Assembly (NCBI GenBank): GCA_036172245.1
Contig: JAYWIR010000002.1
Span: 3,596,001 to 3,660,000 of the forward strand
DNA: 64,000 nt
Origin: Raillietiella orientalis
Taxonomy: Eukaryota
Direction of reading: 5' to 3'
A program made the translations under genes and the position numbers. Below the pieces are notes generated by a model. That model searched no databases. It had not been told where the DNA came from and saw only the letters and a list, made by a program, of their open reading frames with translations. Positions 48,301-61,900 of the stretch are shown here, one piece after another; position 1 is the first letter of the stretch, and the number at the start of each line of letters is the position of its first letter.

Positions 48301-51300
48301 TAAGGGGTCCCATTCTATGACTCGGGAGGCACGTCTCCCGAGGCTTGTCCCCGCCCTGCATGGTCGTTTGCTCCCCGGGGGTTTCCGGGACGACGAGCTC
48401 CACGCCCCACTGCTCCGCGTGCGTCCAGGAAAACCACCGGAGCCCTTCTTCGCGTATCACGTCATCGCTCCTCCCCGTGCCCTCCCGCTCACTTTCCCAA
48501 GAAGACCTAGACTCTGCGGCTCCCTGCCCTGGCGGGGCGTGCAAGCAGGGACGAGAAAAGAGGAGGGGGGGGACGATCGGAAAGGAAGTCCCCCATCCCC
48601 ACCAAAAAAAAAATGAAAAATGAGAAAAAAAGAAGTCCTGCGGCTTCGCCTCTTGCGCAAGGGCGGGACAGCGGGGTAGGCGGATGATTCGGCACTGGAG
48701 CAGGGCGACGCAGAGACACGGCGCCGTTGCTGGGGGAACCGCCCGCTCCTCCTGCCGTTTCCACGGAAGGAACCGCCCCGCCCTCTCTTCCGCCCTCCCC
48801 TTCGGGAAGGGGAGGGAAAGGGAAGGAGAGAGGCGCTCTGGCGAGGCCGAGCGTCCGTCCGCCGCCGCCCTCGCGCCTGCGCTGCGGCGACCGCCGCCGC
48901 TCTCGAGGCGTCGCGTCGCGCCGGCGATCGCCGAGCGGTCCGAGAGAGGGGGACCGGGAGAAGGAACAGGGAGGCCTTACCCACTTTCTCCCCGGCTCCT
49001 TGGCGATGACCCGAAGCACTTGTGGGCGACCTGCATGCTTGGGTTCCTCTCATTCCTGGGCCTGTTCCGTTCCCTTGGGCCCTTTCGCGGGCGCAAAGGG
49101 CACTGAGACGGAGACGCTTCCGGCAGTTTCTCGGGAGACGAGCCTTCGGGAAGGGAGGAAGCGGCCCGACGGGGGAGACAGGTCTCCCCGCCTTACCTGC
49201 ATCCCCGGCCCTCGAGGATATTCTTCGGCTCCTAACCGGCCTGCCGCTGCCGAGGCCCTGCGGTCGCCAACGCGCCGTTCCGGGGCCCGAAGGATCCTCC
49301 CCTCCAACGGAGCCCCGGGAGACCGAAATCCTCCCACACGACGCGGCTCGGGGCCGAGGAAGGGGACCTCAGTCCTCCTGAAGCGGGTCAGGGGAGGTCG
49401 TCGCCCGCTGTGTAAGAGAAACCTCGCGGGTTCTGTCCTCCAGAGGCTTTGAGAACCCCTTCTTCGGAACGCTCTCCCCGAGAGGAACTCCCCTCTCCTA
49501 CCCACCGCCACGCCGCGCTATCCCCGCTGGCGCTCCGGCGCGGTCCTGGAGGTGGGAGGGCGGGAGAAGCCGCATTATCCCGCGTACAGAAGAAATCGAC
49601 CCTTCCCTCCTGAGCTCCTCCTCTTTCCTTCCCCGCGCGGGTTCTCCTGGAACTCGTGGGAGGGAGACCCCTGCCCCCTTCCTTCCCTCGTGTGGTCTCC
49701 TCTCCACAGTCACCGAGACAGATGCGGAAAAAGGGGGAAAGGGGAGGGATGACGTCAGCGGAGGAGGAGGTGCCGGGGGGGCATCCGTCCAGGGCGCCGG
49801 GGAGGGACTGGGAAGAGCGCAATGGGGCGCTGCCGCGGACAGAAGTGTCCCTTGCAGGACGTGCCCCAGGAGCATGCGGGAGAGGGAGGGGCCGGAAAAT
49901 GGGGTAGGTCCCTTCAAAGAGCCGCATTGGTCTGGTCACTCCCGCCGGTTCCCTGGGGAGACTGCGGAGACGCGGCATCCGGGGTCCGCTGCGGCGCTTC
50001 CCGCTCCATAGCTCGGGAGTCTTAGAGTCTCCCCCGTAGCCGCCAGGCAGTCCGGGACGTGCCGCAGGAGCTCCCTTCTCTCCCCGGGACGCATCCCATT
50101 CCCCCTTCCCCTCCCTCCCGCCTCCTCCCAGAATGCCTCCCTCCTTTCACGTTACGCGGGAGATGCGTGTTGCCCACGGCAAGGAGACCCCGGACGGGCC
50201 CCAGGGGTCCTCCGGCTGGGAACTTTCCCGATCCCGAAGGCTTTCCCTCTCGGGGCGACGGCGCCTCCCGTCTGAGAGACGCTGGGAAATCCTGGGAACT
50301 ATCGGGCCGCCGCTCTCTCCCGGCGGTCCCGGAGGAGCGTCGCTACCACTGCCTCACCCCTTTTTTTCCTTCCTTCCCGGTCTTCTCCCCCCCCCTTCCC
50401 CCTTCTATCCTGTTTCTGCAGGCTCTCCCGCCGCGGGGCGAGGACGGCTGCGCGCTGCTCCCCTTTGTCCCGGCCGCCGTATTTCATCCGCGCGCTGGGA
50501 GCGGGAGGAAGGCCCCGTCCTTTGTGTTCCCCCGGGAAGCCGCCGCCTGCCGCAGCCACTCGAGTCCTGCGGTCGCCGCCGCCGCGGAGGGAGGGGGACG
50601 GCAGTCCTCCCTGCTCCCGTTCTCCCCATCCCTGACTAGGACCTCCTCTTCCGGCGAAGCCTCCACCCCCGGGACTCGCTCCGGAAGACCGCGAGCGAAC
50701 GGGAGCGATGCGGGACGTGCGCGCGCCTGGACCGGGAAGCGAGTAGAGGCCGCGGCCTCCGCAGCCCAGGAGAGCTCTCGAGCGCTCCTCTGGCGGACGC
50801 CCGCGGCGGCCGGAAAGAGGACGCGCAGGGAGGGGAGGAGAAGGGGACGAACGGCGGCAGGAGCGGGAATAGGGAAGGGAGAAGGAGTCCCAGGGATGTC
50901 CGCGGGAAAAGGTTCCTGAAGCCGGCTGATCTGCTCCCCCCCTACTCCCTAAGGGATTGATTCACCTTCACGCGGCACCTCGGAGCATCCTCCTCTCCTG
51001 CCCAAACTGGGGCAGAGGGGGAGAGAACCCTCTTCCCGCTGTCTATTTCCTCAGGAGGCAACAAGGTGAGAGAGGGAAGTCACGCTCGCAACTCGTATAC
51101 CGAAGAGCTTGCGGCCTTCTTGAGGACTGGCTGCCCTCAGCCGCCCTCCCCCCCTTCCTCTCTCGAAGCTTTCCCTTGCTCGCTTCTCTCCCGAGGGTCA
51201 CCCCCACCCCTCCACCCCATCCCACTTACCGTCGTTCCTCCCCTCCCAAGCCATCCCTTTACGGTATTGGGCCCCTCTCCCCCTCCTCCTCCTTTTTCTT

Positions 51301-52900
51301 TCCAAACGGGTTCCTCCCTGCCGAAATGGCCTAGCCAGAAAACCACATTTGGCTGTTACGAGCGGAAGGGGACGGCGAGAGAAGAGGAGGAGGAGAAGAG
51401 GAGAAAAGGCATTGTGTGGCGACTCCTTTCTCTCCGCCTTCCGATAGCGGAAGGATGAGACGGAAAGCCCACGACTCTTCTGCTCCCTTCATGCCACACA
51501 CACCCCTGCACAAGATGCTCGCCTTCACGACAGTAGTCGGAGGCACCGTCACCCTCGCCAAGAGTGGGGGGGGGGGGGGCAGGCAAGCAAAATGCACAGA
51601 CTTGCAGACGACGGCGGCGACGCTGCAAATTCCGCGCTTTTGGCGCTGAAGGGAAGGGAGGCGGGGATGAGTCTTCAGGTCATTCGCAGGCACGGAGATT
51701 ACTGGGAAACGCTTAAGAACACGGAATACAGCAACATGGCGTCCAAAAACCGTCCGCCCGCCTACCGATCGCTCGGCGAACTGATAATCGCAGTTGCGTT
51801 GTTGCGTCACGCATCGCCCACCATTTTGTTTTTTAGCCTTCAGCGTGATTTTTAGGGATGGGACACCACGCTTTGACCACGTCGGCCCCGCGCGTGCTCT
51901 ATGTGACCCCATGAGCACGTCCTCCGCGAGCACGCCCGGGCAGCGCCTGACCCGGGTTCCGCGGTCATCCTCGGCCCTGACGGCAACTCGAGTGCGAGCG
52001 CGCGTGTTTCGAACGGATCGAGTTGAAGCTTGCAGATGGCATCCAGCGACGTCAGAAGGCAGGAAGGAGGAGAGAGCAGGAACACGCGGAACAGAGCAGG
52101 TAGGGTGTGATCTTCAGGCCATTGCATGGCTTTGGGGCATCGCCACTGCTTCCGTGTCAAGGCCGAGCTAGAATCACCGCATCGTGTCTGTGTTCCCACA
52201 GTCACCACGTTGGGGGTGCAAGCCAAATAAGCACAATGGGTGGCATGGAAGCGGAGCGCACGTTTTACGCTGTCGCACGCACCCGCTCAGAGATGCACAC
52301 ATCCCCTCCCCCCCCACGCGTGCACCCGCGCACGGCAAAAGCGGTGAGCTCACACGAAATGACACGCACCGTTGTGCCAGACGCACGTGTGCGCGTTCTC
52401 AATCTGGCGCTCGGTTTCTCCACGTGCGTTTTGTGCACATTTACTTGCATCGTATGTGGTATAAGTAATCACCCTATCTGAGACAAGCACGGATCGTCAC
52501 ACGGAAGCACTCTGGTCATAAGGGAGGAAAAGGTGTCGTTCCATTGGAAAAATCGAACGCGGAAAAAATCGCTCCCTTGGCATCCCATTCCATGCAAGAA
52601 ACCGTGCAAATTACAATATCAACAGTAACATGAAATGTGACATCATAAGGCGAAATGTTCACCTCACCCTCGACATTCGAGTCCTCTTGACAAGAGTGAA
52701 AAATGATTTGTTGCTGCATGAGCATGCAGCATCCCGATAGCCCCACTGATGCGTTTGCTGTCGCAATGGCAATGTGAAGATCGATGTAGATTAAAACGGC
52801 ATTCGGTAAGCCTCTTTGCCTGGCAAGTACACCACAATACGGTACACACGCGCACGCACGTACGTGCCCACACGTACGCATACACACGTATCCCCTGAAT

Positions 52901-52904
<4 letters not shown>

Positions 52905-52938
<34 letters not shown>
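52905..52938. repeat. (AG)17 microsatellite
   Basis: Directly visible. Confidence 0.95.
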
Positions 52939-52941
<3 letters not shown>

Positions 52942-55900
52942 ACAGGATCAGGGAACACGTTCCCTTGCTGGAAGGCGATTCCCCCGAAAATTTCCAGTCG
53001 GTGGACAACTCGTGCGCGATATAAATGACCTATGGAAATCCTTTATGACTGGAAAACGAAACGACCCCGGTCCGACGGTGCCGAAGGAGTTCCTGTCACC
53101 CGATGCAGATGCACAAGGGATGCCTTGGAGTCCACAAAGCGACGACCGCACACAACAGGTCACGGGGGAAACCCTTGGAGGGTCGCAGACGGAGGCGTCC
53201 TCTTAGATAGAGCAAGGTGCCAGCGAGGGCACGCGAGCAGGCAGTTCGGGGGTCACGTGCTGTTTTCTTGAGTACGTGAAAAATCGGAACGCTACCAGGC
53301 GCCGGTCTTCTGAAAATTTTGGACGGGAAGATTCATCCGCCGCCATCCACGGATCACTCAAGGGAGTACCAGCAGGGAAGCAAGCGCGGGTTTTTTTTAT
53401 CCCGTTGCCTGGCATCTTCGGGAGAGTCGGGAATCCTCCCCTCCCCCCCCCCTCCACGAATCGGTGGTAGCCGGACTGTTAGCTCTTCCAGCCGCGCACG
53501 GTGGCCACGTAGGATCCCAGGACGGCCGCGGATGGATAGACCACAGAGTCGGAGAGCTAACAGACGGATGCGCCGCCATGCGAGAAACGGCACGTCTTGA
53601 AAGCAAATGAAACAGCGCACATGCAAAGGAGTGGGCTCGCGGGATTAGGCGGGTTTGCTCGCATCGGAGCCACGAAACGCTTCCGCGCAAGCAGAACCAC
53701 TTGCCGGGAACGCTTGACGTGTGAGCGATGCAACCTGGCGATGGGGACGATTACATAACGCTGGATCTATGTAACGGAGTGCCGGCGGACATTCTGGGGC
53801 TGCTCCGGAAACTGAGCAAACGGAGCGAGCGATCGAACTCTTTCATCTTCGAAGAAGAGCGTTCCTTCCCACAAGTGCGAATCTTTTGGGGATTTACATC
53901 TTTAGTATCTTGGAAGTTCCACTACACACTTTTTTTTTTTTTCCTTTTCTTTCCTTTTCCCGTGTTTTCCCCCTCTCCTTCCGATTTCCTTTCCAGAGTT
54001 TTGGATTCTCGAATGATCAGGAGCAGAAGAAGTTCGTCACTTCGTTCCCTGTTGTCCACGGCGTATCGACCGCGGCCATGATGGAGGCACGATCGCCGCC
54101 GCGGCCATGTTCTCCTCCTCCGCGGAATTAAAGAAATTTGTCCGCCGCGCTCTCCGCCAAGTGGTGATGAACCTCGACGCTAAGCGAGCGTCCGTGCATC
54201 TTGGAGAGTCCTTGGAGTCCCTCCCCTCCCCCCCCCCCCTTCCTTCCTTCCTTCCTTCCTTCCTCCCCGAGCGTCCACGGTTGTGTTCTCTTCGCACGCT
54301 CAAGATCTGAACTGTGGCACCAAACGGATCCGATTAGCCATCATCCGATTCGTGTCCGGATCCTCCCCGATCCATCTCGACGCCACGCGCGTTCGCCAAA
54401 CGCCAAATCGAGCGTGTGTACCGTACACGCGGACCAGCCGCCGGCCAATCGCTCGCGCTGCTGCCTTTTGGAGAAAATCGCCGTCTCCTCCTCTCCGTCC
54501 GCAAGGCACGAACTCTCCTTCCTTCCGTTTTTCCCGCGGATCCCCCGCGATCTCTCGTGATGCGATTCCCGTTCGCGCGGATTCGAAGAACCATCCGGAA
54601 GATAGCCGGATGTGGCACCAAAGGCGTGGGAGCATCCTGGCGCGGCTGCTCCTGAGAGGTCCCAGAGCAAGCTGTAGCGCCCGCCCGAAATTTCTTAGGT
54701 GAAATTCCTCCCGTTCCAGCTTCTTGTTTGCTGAGAAGGTAATCCCTGGACGCGATTAAGAAATCGGAATTTAAACTGCATGCCTATTTTCGAGAGGAAG
54801 GAAGGGGGGATGGGGGATGGGGGAGCAGCATTCTCCATGTGCATTCATTTTGTGTAATAAATAATTTAGGCTTTCAAAAATGCATTCAGCAGGCAATTGG
54901 CTTCCTCCTTGGCAGTTGCGTTTGTTTCTTGCTTTCTAAAACTTTTTTGCTATTCTTCGGGAAGCTGCGAAATGGGTTTCAGAAGAATTTTCATTTCCGT
55001 CTCGCGTAATTAAAGAGGCGGATGCTTAATGAACACAGTGCGATCATTATGTGTTTATTAGCCGGCTCATAAATCATAGTACAATCGGGAACGTTTTAAC
55101 ATTCTCTTGCGCACGCTGGAGGAGTTCTTCTTTTTTCCTTTTGTCCTCCTCCTGCTGGAGAAAAGGAGGTGCGGAGACGAGGGGGGTGGCACGAGCACGG
55201 TCGATAGGTGGCGAATTGACTGTAATTCCGCAGAGACGCAGACTCGGGTGGAAGCTCCGTCGGACCCCTCCGCCTCTCCCTGGCGCGTCCCTGTGGTTGT
55301 TGTGTGTGCGTTTTTTCTTCTTCTTCTTCTTCTTCCTTCCCCTCCCCTGCGCTGAACGCTTCCGTTGTCTGGGTTTTCCTTTCACGGCCGCACACTCTTT
55401 GAATGGCGAAGTTGACTTTCATCAAAAGTTTCGTCCTCTTCCACGAGATATTCGCTCGAAGGGGTCCTTCAGATTAGCACTGGCGTGCAGGAAACGAGCG
55501 CCAAGGACCGATGCAGCTGGAAGCCGTCAGTCCTCTCGATCGAACCGGCGAAATCAATCACACCGAATGCATGCGGAACGTACATACATTTTTCTTCTTC
55601 TCCTTCCTCTCTCTTTCTCTTTTTTCTTCTCCTTCTTCCTCTTCAATGTATGACTCGTTTTAAAGTTAAAAGGGTGAGAAGGGGAAGCGATGATTAGGGT
55701 TAGCTGCGATCCTTAGTCTACATGCATGCATTATCCCCAATCAGGTCCTCCGGCCGTAATTCTCTCAATTCGTACACAGAATACGTGATTATGCAAATGT
55801 CTGGGCTTGACTTCAAAACCCGAAGTATGGAAAAACTTCCGAGGGCGAGGCTACAAAGGGTGATGGACAAACATGACAAATTCGAAAACGCACCCGGTGT

Positions 55901-58900
55901 TTTCCTCCCTCTTCCTCTTTCTTCCTCCCGTTTTCCTCCTCGCGATGGAACGAGGGAGAAGGAGGGAACGAAAAAAAAGAAGCGAAAAGGAAGCTGTCGC
56001 TGCTGCCGCTGCCGCGGTGGTTCTTTCCAGCGGTGCTCACCGATCGCTTGGGTCACGCGTTGGGGGTCACGGCGCGGGCCGAGGACTGACCGGACGGAAT
56101 CCAATTACGGGCCCGTCGCCGTTAATTGAAGGATGCCGACTTCTTCGTTTCGCCCGCTCTGAGGCGGGTACCGGTAGCACGGGTTATCGGCTCTCGGTTG
56201 CACGCCAACTCCTCCGCTCAACTCGGTGCATCTCAAACGGAAAGGATTGCGCTTTTCTCTCTCTCTCTCTCTCTACTCCTCGCCCCTCCTCCCTTCCCCC
56301 CCCCCCTCTTTTTTTTTGTTTGTTTGTTTGCTTGCTTCCTTCTTCAAATCGCTGCTCCTTCCGCAGATGCCTTCCAGATCCCCCACCTGGCAAGATGCTG
56401 CAAGCCACAGCAGCATCTGTACACACTTGCAGCGTGGAAAGTGGATCCAAGAAGAGATCGTTTCAACGCTGAGGAAACTGAAACCTTCTTTGCCGCCCTC
56501 TTCCTCTTCCTTCATACGTTCTCTCTCGCCTCTCCTCCTCCTCTTCCGAGAGTCACAGGATTAACTTCTTCATACATTCTGCATGAGACGCTTACCGCAA
56601 CCAGACGTTGCTCCCGCTCATCCCGTGGAATGGATTGTCCTACGCACTGTGTTCCTCCTCCTCCTCGCTTCCCGAAAACTCCCTCCCATCCGAATCCCCT
56701 TCCTGAAGACCAGATAGCCGGGATGGCGCATCACCGTAGCATCAGCGAAAGTGTCGTGGGCACGTGCATCCCATCCCACGACGGAGGTTATCCTTCGAGG
56801 ACGAGACTCTTCAGTTCTCGCCCCCCCTCCCCCCCCCCTCCTTCCTTCTTCCCCCCCGTATCGAATTAGGAATCCGGCGTCTTTTGATGCTCCAGGAATC
56901 TGCGCTGCTCGGAGGCGTCGCGACGGCGGCTTTGCGCACGGCGTGGCGAGTGCATCCCACTGCAGGAGCGCGGCTATCCCGCGGACCTCCCTTCCTTGCG
57001 CTCCGGTCCGTTTCTCTTCTTCCGTCCGAGAGAGAGCTGGTGAAAGATTCGGGTCGAAGAGGATTCCCCCCGCCATCCGTCGCAGGCGATCACCATCGCA
57101 ACGGCGACCTGATTTCGCGCGCGCGTTTTGCACCCGCGCGTGCGTTTGGCGCGCAGAACGGAAGAACCCACGCCGCACGGCGAGCCCGAAAGCATCTTCC
57201 TGCTCGGTTTTAGGAAGAAATTGTCACATCAGCACACAGCATTTCGGAAATCCCGGATTCGGCAAAAGTTAGGATTTCTTTCGAGCTGTTTAAAGCCTTT
57301 CTACATCGGAAAGCTTTCCATTCCAGTCAGTGAAGAACACAAAGACATATCACTGGCAGAAATCCTAAAGGCCTATTGCGTTGCTAGGAAACGACAAGGA
57401 ATCCGATTTGAAAGGAGAGGAGGAAAGGAAGGAGGAAGGAAAAAAAAAAAGGGGGGGGGGGCGGGATGGAGGGAGGAGGGGGGGGGAGGGAGAGAACACA
57501 ATATTTTGAAATCCCCAATCATGGTTGCGTTCGCTTCGATTTCCTCTCCTCCCCGCTTTTCGATCTTTCCCGTTTCCATGAGTGGACGCCGCGGTAATGA
57601 CTACCAGAAATCGAACGCCTGCTTTTATTGCTGCCGCTGCCTTGGCAAGCTGACAGAACCGAACGAATCGGCGTGTCGCGATGCGTTTCCGATTGACCGT
57701 ACCTGAATTTTTGCTAACGAGGAAGATTAGGAGAGAAACCCTCCAGGGAGGGGGGAGGCAGGGGGGGGGAGAAGGAAACAACATGGAACAGGCAGGGAAA
57801 AAAAAAATCGATGGATCAATAGAAGTGCTTCGGCTACTTGCTGCAGCGAGGCCTCGGCCAATCGGACAGCTCTGTTGATCTCGTTTTTATTGGTCGAATC
57901 TGTGATATCTAGGAGCTATTATGCATCGCCTGGTTACTCGGGTCTCCCTGGTAGCCATTTTCGTTGGCGTTGCCTGCGCTGCGTCGGCGTTCCGGGCAGA
58001 CACTCGCGGACAGCCGTCGACGTCGCAGCGTGCGCTTCCGCGCCCTGCTTCCCGTGGGGACGAGGAGGTCGTGGTGGTCGCGGTCCTGCTTGGAAGAGCG
58101 AACACCTCCGCACCGCCGCCGTCATGGTAACAGCGAATCGGGGAGGTTTTGGCGGGTGAAACGCACGCATGCAGTCCGGGCCTTTCCCGAGCAAAAACTA
58201 CGAATACAAACCGTGGGATGAGCAGAATGCCTTGGGGGATACCACCGAAATGAACGGAACGGGGTGCTATTCGAACGGGGTGCAAACGAATGCCTTCCAC
58301 AGCCCCCACCCCCGCCGTAGACCGTTCTTCTCCGAAACAAGAGATGCTTGTCCGTCAGCGGACAGGAACAACATGACGGATTCGAGATTCCTCATTAAGC
58401 GAATTCGGATGAGGGCGCATGCTTCATGATCAGCGTGATTGATACAGCGATGCAACAAATGATTCATGTGAATCCTTACTCACGTGGTTGTAATTCAGAT
58501 GCTCCCACGTGCAGCGTGGCACGGAGAAGCTGATAATGTGGAGAGATCATCATCGTCGCGCGGCCTTCGCCGATCACTTTGTCGAACAGGAAAACAAACA
58601 CGGCGAGCATGCGGATGGATTCCTGGCAGTGCTATCAGGTCGAACATCAACAGACGGGAAGAAATCGAAAGTACCGAAAGAAGAAGAAGAAGAAGGGAAA
58701 AAAAAAAAAAAAAACCTTCAAAAGCATTTTTCGCTCAGCGAATGAAAAGCGGCTCGTGGAACGCAGGGGCAGATTATGAGGAAGACGCACAGGAGCAGAT
58801 CAACAGAACTCGACCGGTGTTTTTTTTTTTTTTCCTCCTCCTTTTCTTCTCATCTTTCCTAATGAGAACTGAGATGAAGTCGCGAGGTGCAACAACCGTC

Positions 58901-61900
58901 TTCCGCTCAAATGAAAAGGACGGCAAAGCGGAGGTTGCAGGCTGCGTGGACAAGGAGACGGGATGGAAGGCATCGAAATCTCTCCTGCAAGGCCTTTGGA
59001 TTCGAGGAGCAAACGATTTCGCAGGCGTGGACTCGAGGGGGGAGCGGAAGGGGGGGGGGGGATTACTTTTATTTTTAGAAAGGAAACTTTGCACTCGCTT
59101 GGGTCTTTGGAACCCCTTCAAAATTTTCGCATTCAAAATGAGTAATGCGTTCTCTGTCACGGCAATAAAAGGTTTGAGGAAACATAAAATGGAGAACACG
59201 GTTTGATAAAAAAGATCCTCGGGCATTTTAATCACGGCGAGTCTCCTCGAGAATCGATGCGTTTTAAGAGTGGAAAGGGCTCGGATGGATGGGATGTGTT
59301 TCGAGCGTCCGACGCCGTTTGAGTCGGCATCCCGACCTTCTCCCCCCCCCCCCCCGGGCGGCCAGCAGCAGCACTCGGGCATGTCTCGGAGCCACCGGAG
59401 CTGCTGGCTTCAGTCGGGCATCGGAACGGGAAGAACGGATCGCTGCACCCGGGACCAGTGAAGATCTTCCTCTGCAGCTGAAGCGGTCTCTTCGAGACTG
59501 GACCTCCAAGCGGTGGAAGCGGTGCCGTGGGTGGCAGCAGCTCCCTTCCCGTTTCGTCATCGCCCTCGATGATCATTCCTCCACGCGCTCTTCCCCCCAC
59601 CTCAGTCACTTCCTCCGCTCCCCGGAGCTCGCGTTTCCCTCGGCCTCCCTCGAACGAGCTCCGGCGGGCCTCTTCGCCGCGCCAGAAGGAATCGAAAACG
59701 CTTTCCTTCCGACGCAGGAGCCAGGAACAGGTCAGCGATGTCTTCCGGTTCGCGGAAGACATCGACCTCTTCCCCACCTGCGGAAGAGGTCGCGGCAAAG
59801 TGAAGAAATCCATCTGACATGGAGAAAACGGCATTACGGAGTGCAGACCCCGGATAAGGGATGCTTTCCGGTGGAAGCGGGAACCTGCCAGAAGGTGCCC
59901 ACGGGCCAGAAGACGCTCTGGAAAGGAGGCTAAGGACCCTCTCTTCTATCGGATTGGGAAGGGCCACACACACGAGCACTCGTGCGAACGGCCCGCTGAG
60001 GTTTTTTGACCGACTTTTGCTCTGTGCGAGGAAAAACACACTTTCATGCAGCTGCATGCGTTCTGCGGCAGCGCGAATTGGTACGCAGCCTGAGATCGAT
60101 GGCTGCGATCACCGTCGGTGTCGTGGGAAACCTCGGTTGCGCTTTGGAAGAGGAGATTCAGTTCCGTCTTGGAGAGGGGATGAAAGGGCAAGGATGCTCC
60201 GCAAGCGAGCGAGTAGGAGACAACCCCTAACCCCCCCCCCCCTGGGCCCCGGTAGCTTGACAAATGGGTGTTGCGTCCCGACGAGGGCCCCTGGCGTTTC
60301 CGTGAAGACGCTGCGGCGGTGGCTGGACCAAGGGAGGCAGTACTTCGCTCGGAAGCAATGCTTCCCTCCTCCTCCTTCGAAAACAAAAAGCTGGATCTGA
60401 TGGCTTTGCTTTGTTCGCCCCAGTGGACGACAAGAATTTTGATGGCATTCGAATGCAGGACGGCACAATGAGAAGGCTCGAAAAGTCCAATTCGGTGAAC
60501 GTCCCCCTTTTTTTCTTTTGTCGTCTGCAAGTGCCATCGATTCAGATAAAATTCATTTTGGACTTTTCCTTTAGGACCGCGCGCGCGCTCCCTAAGACAT
60601 TCTCCTATGCCTTTTCCCAGTCTGACGTTTGGCATTCTTTCTCTCCGTCCACGCCGCAGTCGCCCTGTTACTCGCGCGATCCGAGTCCACACACCGTCAG
60701 TTATGCATGTCCGTGTGCTCGGATTCGTGTGTGTGCATACATCACGTATGGATACCTCGTGCTTGCGACTGTGTCCTTAATGTTTGAGTTCCATCTCCAT
60801 AAATCAGGAGCGGCATCGTGGAGCATCGTGAATCTGAAAACGTTCGGCAGCACTCTGGGAAGCACTTCGGGATGCAGAAATTTATACCGTTACTTCTTCT
60901 GGACGTCCCATCGAAGTGTCGGATGACTTCAAGCTCTCCCCAGGCGTCTCCCGTACAACCCGAAACCTACTCGTCCGACGGTACCTCCGGAAAAAGTCAT
61001 CTGCTGATTGAACTGCCCTGCGTCGCATATCTGGCGAAAATTTGTATCTTGAGCGTTCGACATCTCGAGCTTTCGTTCCATAAGGCTACATCGACTGGAC
61101 AGGGAAATAAATATCCGAAGGCAGTGTTCGCGTGCGACGGAGGGCGCGACCGAGTCCTCCGCAGATGCATGGTCGGGGCTTTCTTATCGCGAAAAAACGA
61201 AACTCTTCGTATCATCAATGCAAAGGCTGATAACAAATATCTTATGTAAATTTGCGCTCGTTTCCTTATTTGAAAAGTGATTTCTTCTTCCATTCACCTT
61301 GGAGCTCCTGTTGTTGTTGCCTTTGCCGCTTGCCCCTCCCCCCCCCAGCACCCTCGTTCCACTGCGGGTGCTCCATTCCAGGCGCTTCTTCTGGACGACG
61401 CTCCCTTCTTCCAAAGCAAAAGAACGGTTGCTGCGCAAACCGGCACCGTGGGATGCGAGGAGGCGATCCCGACGGTGACCCTCCGTTCCGGAAACTTGAA
61501 AGTTCCGCGGAAGAACTCCAAATTTTAAAACTGCTCCGAAATTCTATTGGAAACTCCAACAGCGCTGAAATTCTATTTGCAAGGAAGAGGCCACGCCAGA
61601 AATCCGCACCTCATCTCCGTCCGTGCATGAATCTGAATTGGCTAGCAAATAGAGGAGAGACTGCGGAGGTTTCCCCTGCCTTCTTGCGCTACGCACTTGA
61701 GAAGAAGCTGCTCCTTACTCGGAGAACAGAGATTTGCAGCTGACGGATGATTAAGTCGGCATTATTCTGAGAGAGAGAATGAGAGAGGAGGGGGAAGAAA
61801 AAAAAAAAAAAAAAGGAATCCGCATCTTTTTTCTAATGAAACGGAGCACTTTTTTGGGGGGGTTCCCCATGCTTAGCAGTCCATAGCCAGGGGAACAGAA

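Noticed and set aside
59450-59900. Possible LINE RT remnant on the + strand ('LQLKRSLRDWTSKRW', 'HLTWRKRH')
   Set aside because: Only two loose motif hints; insufficient support.
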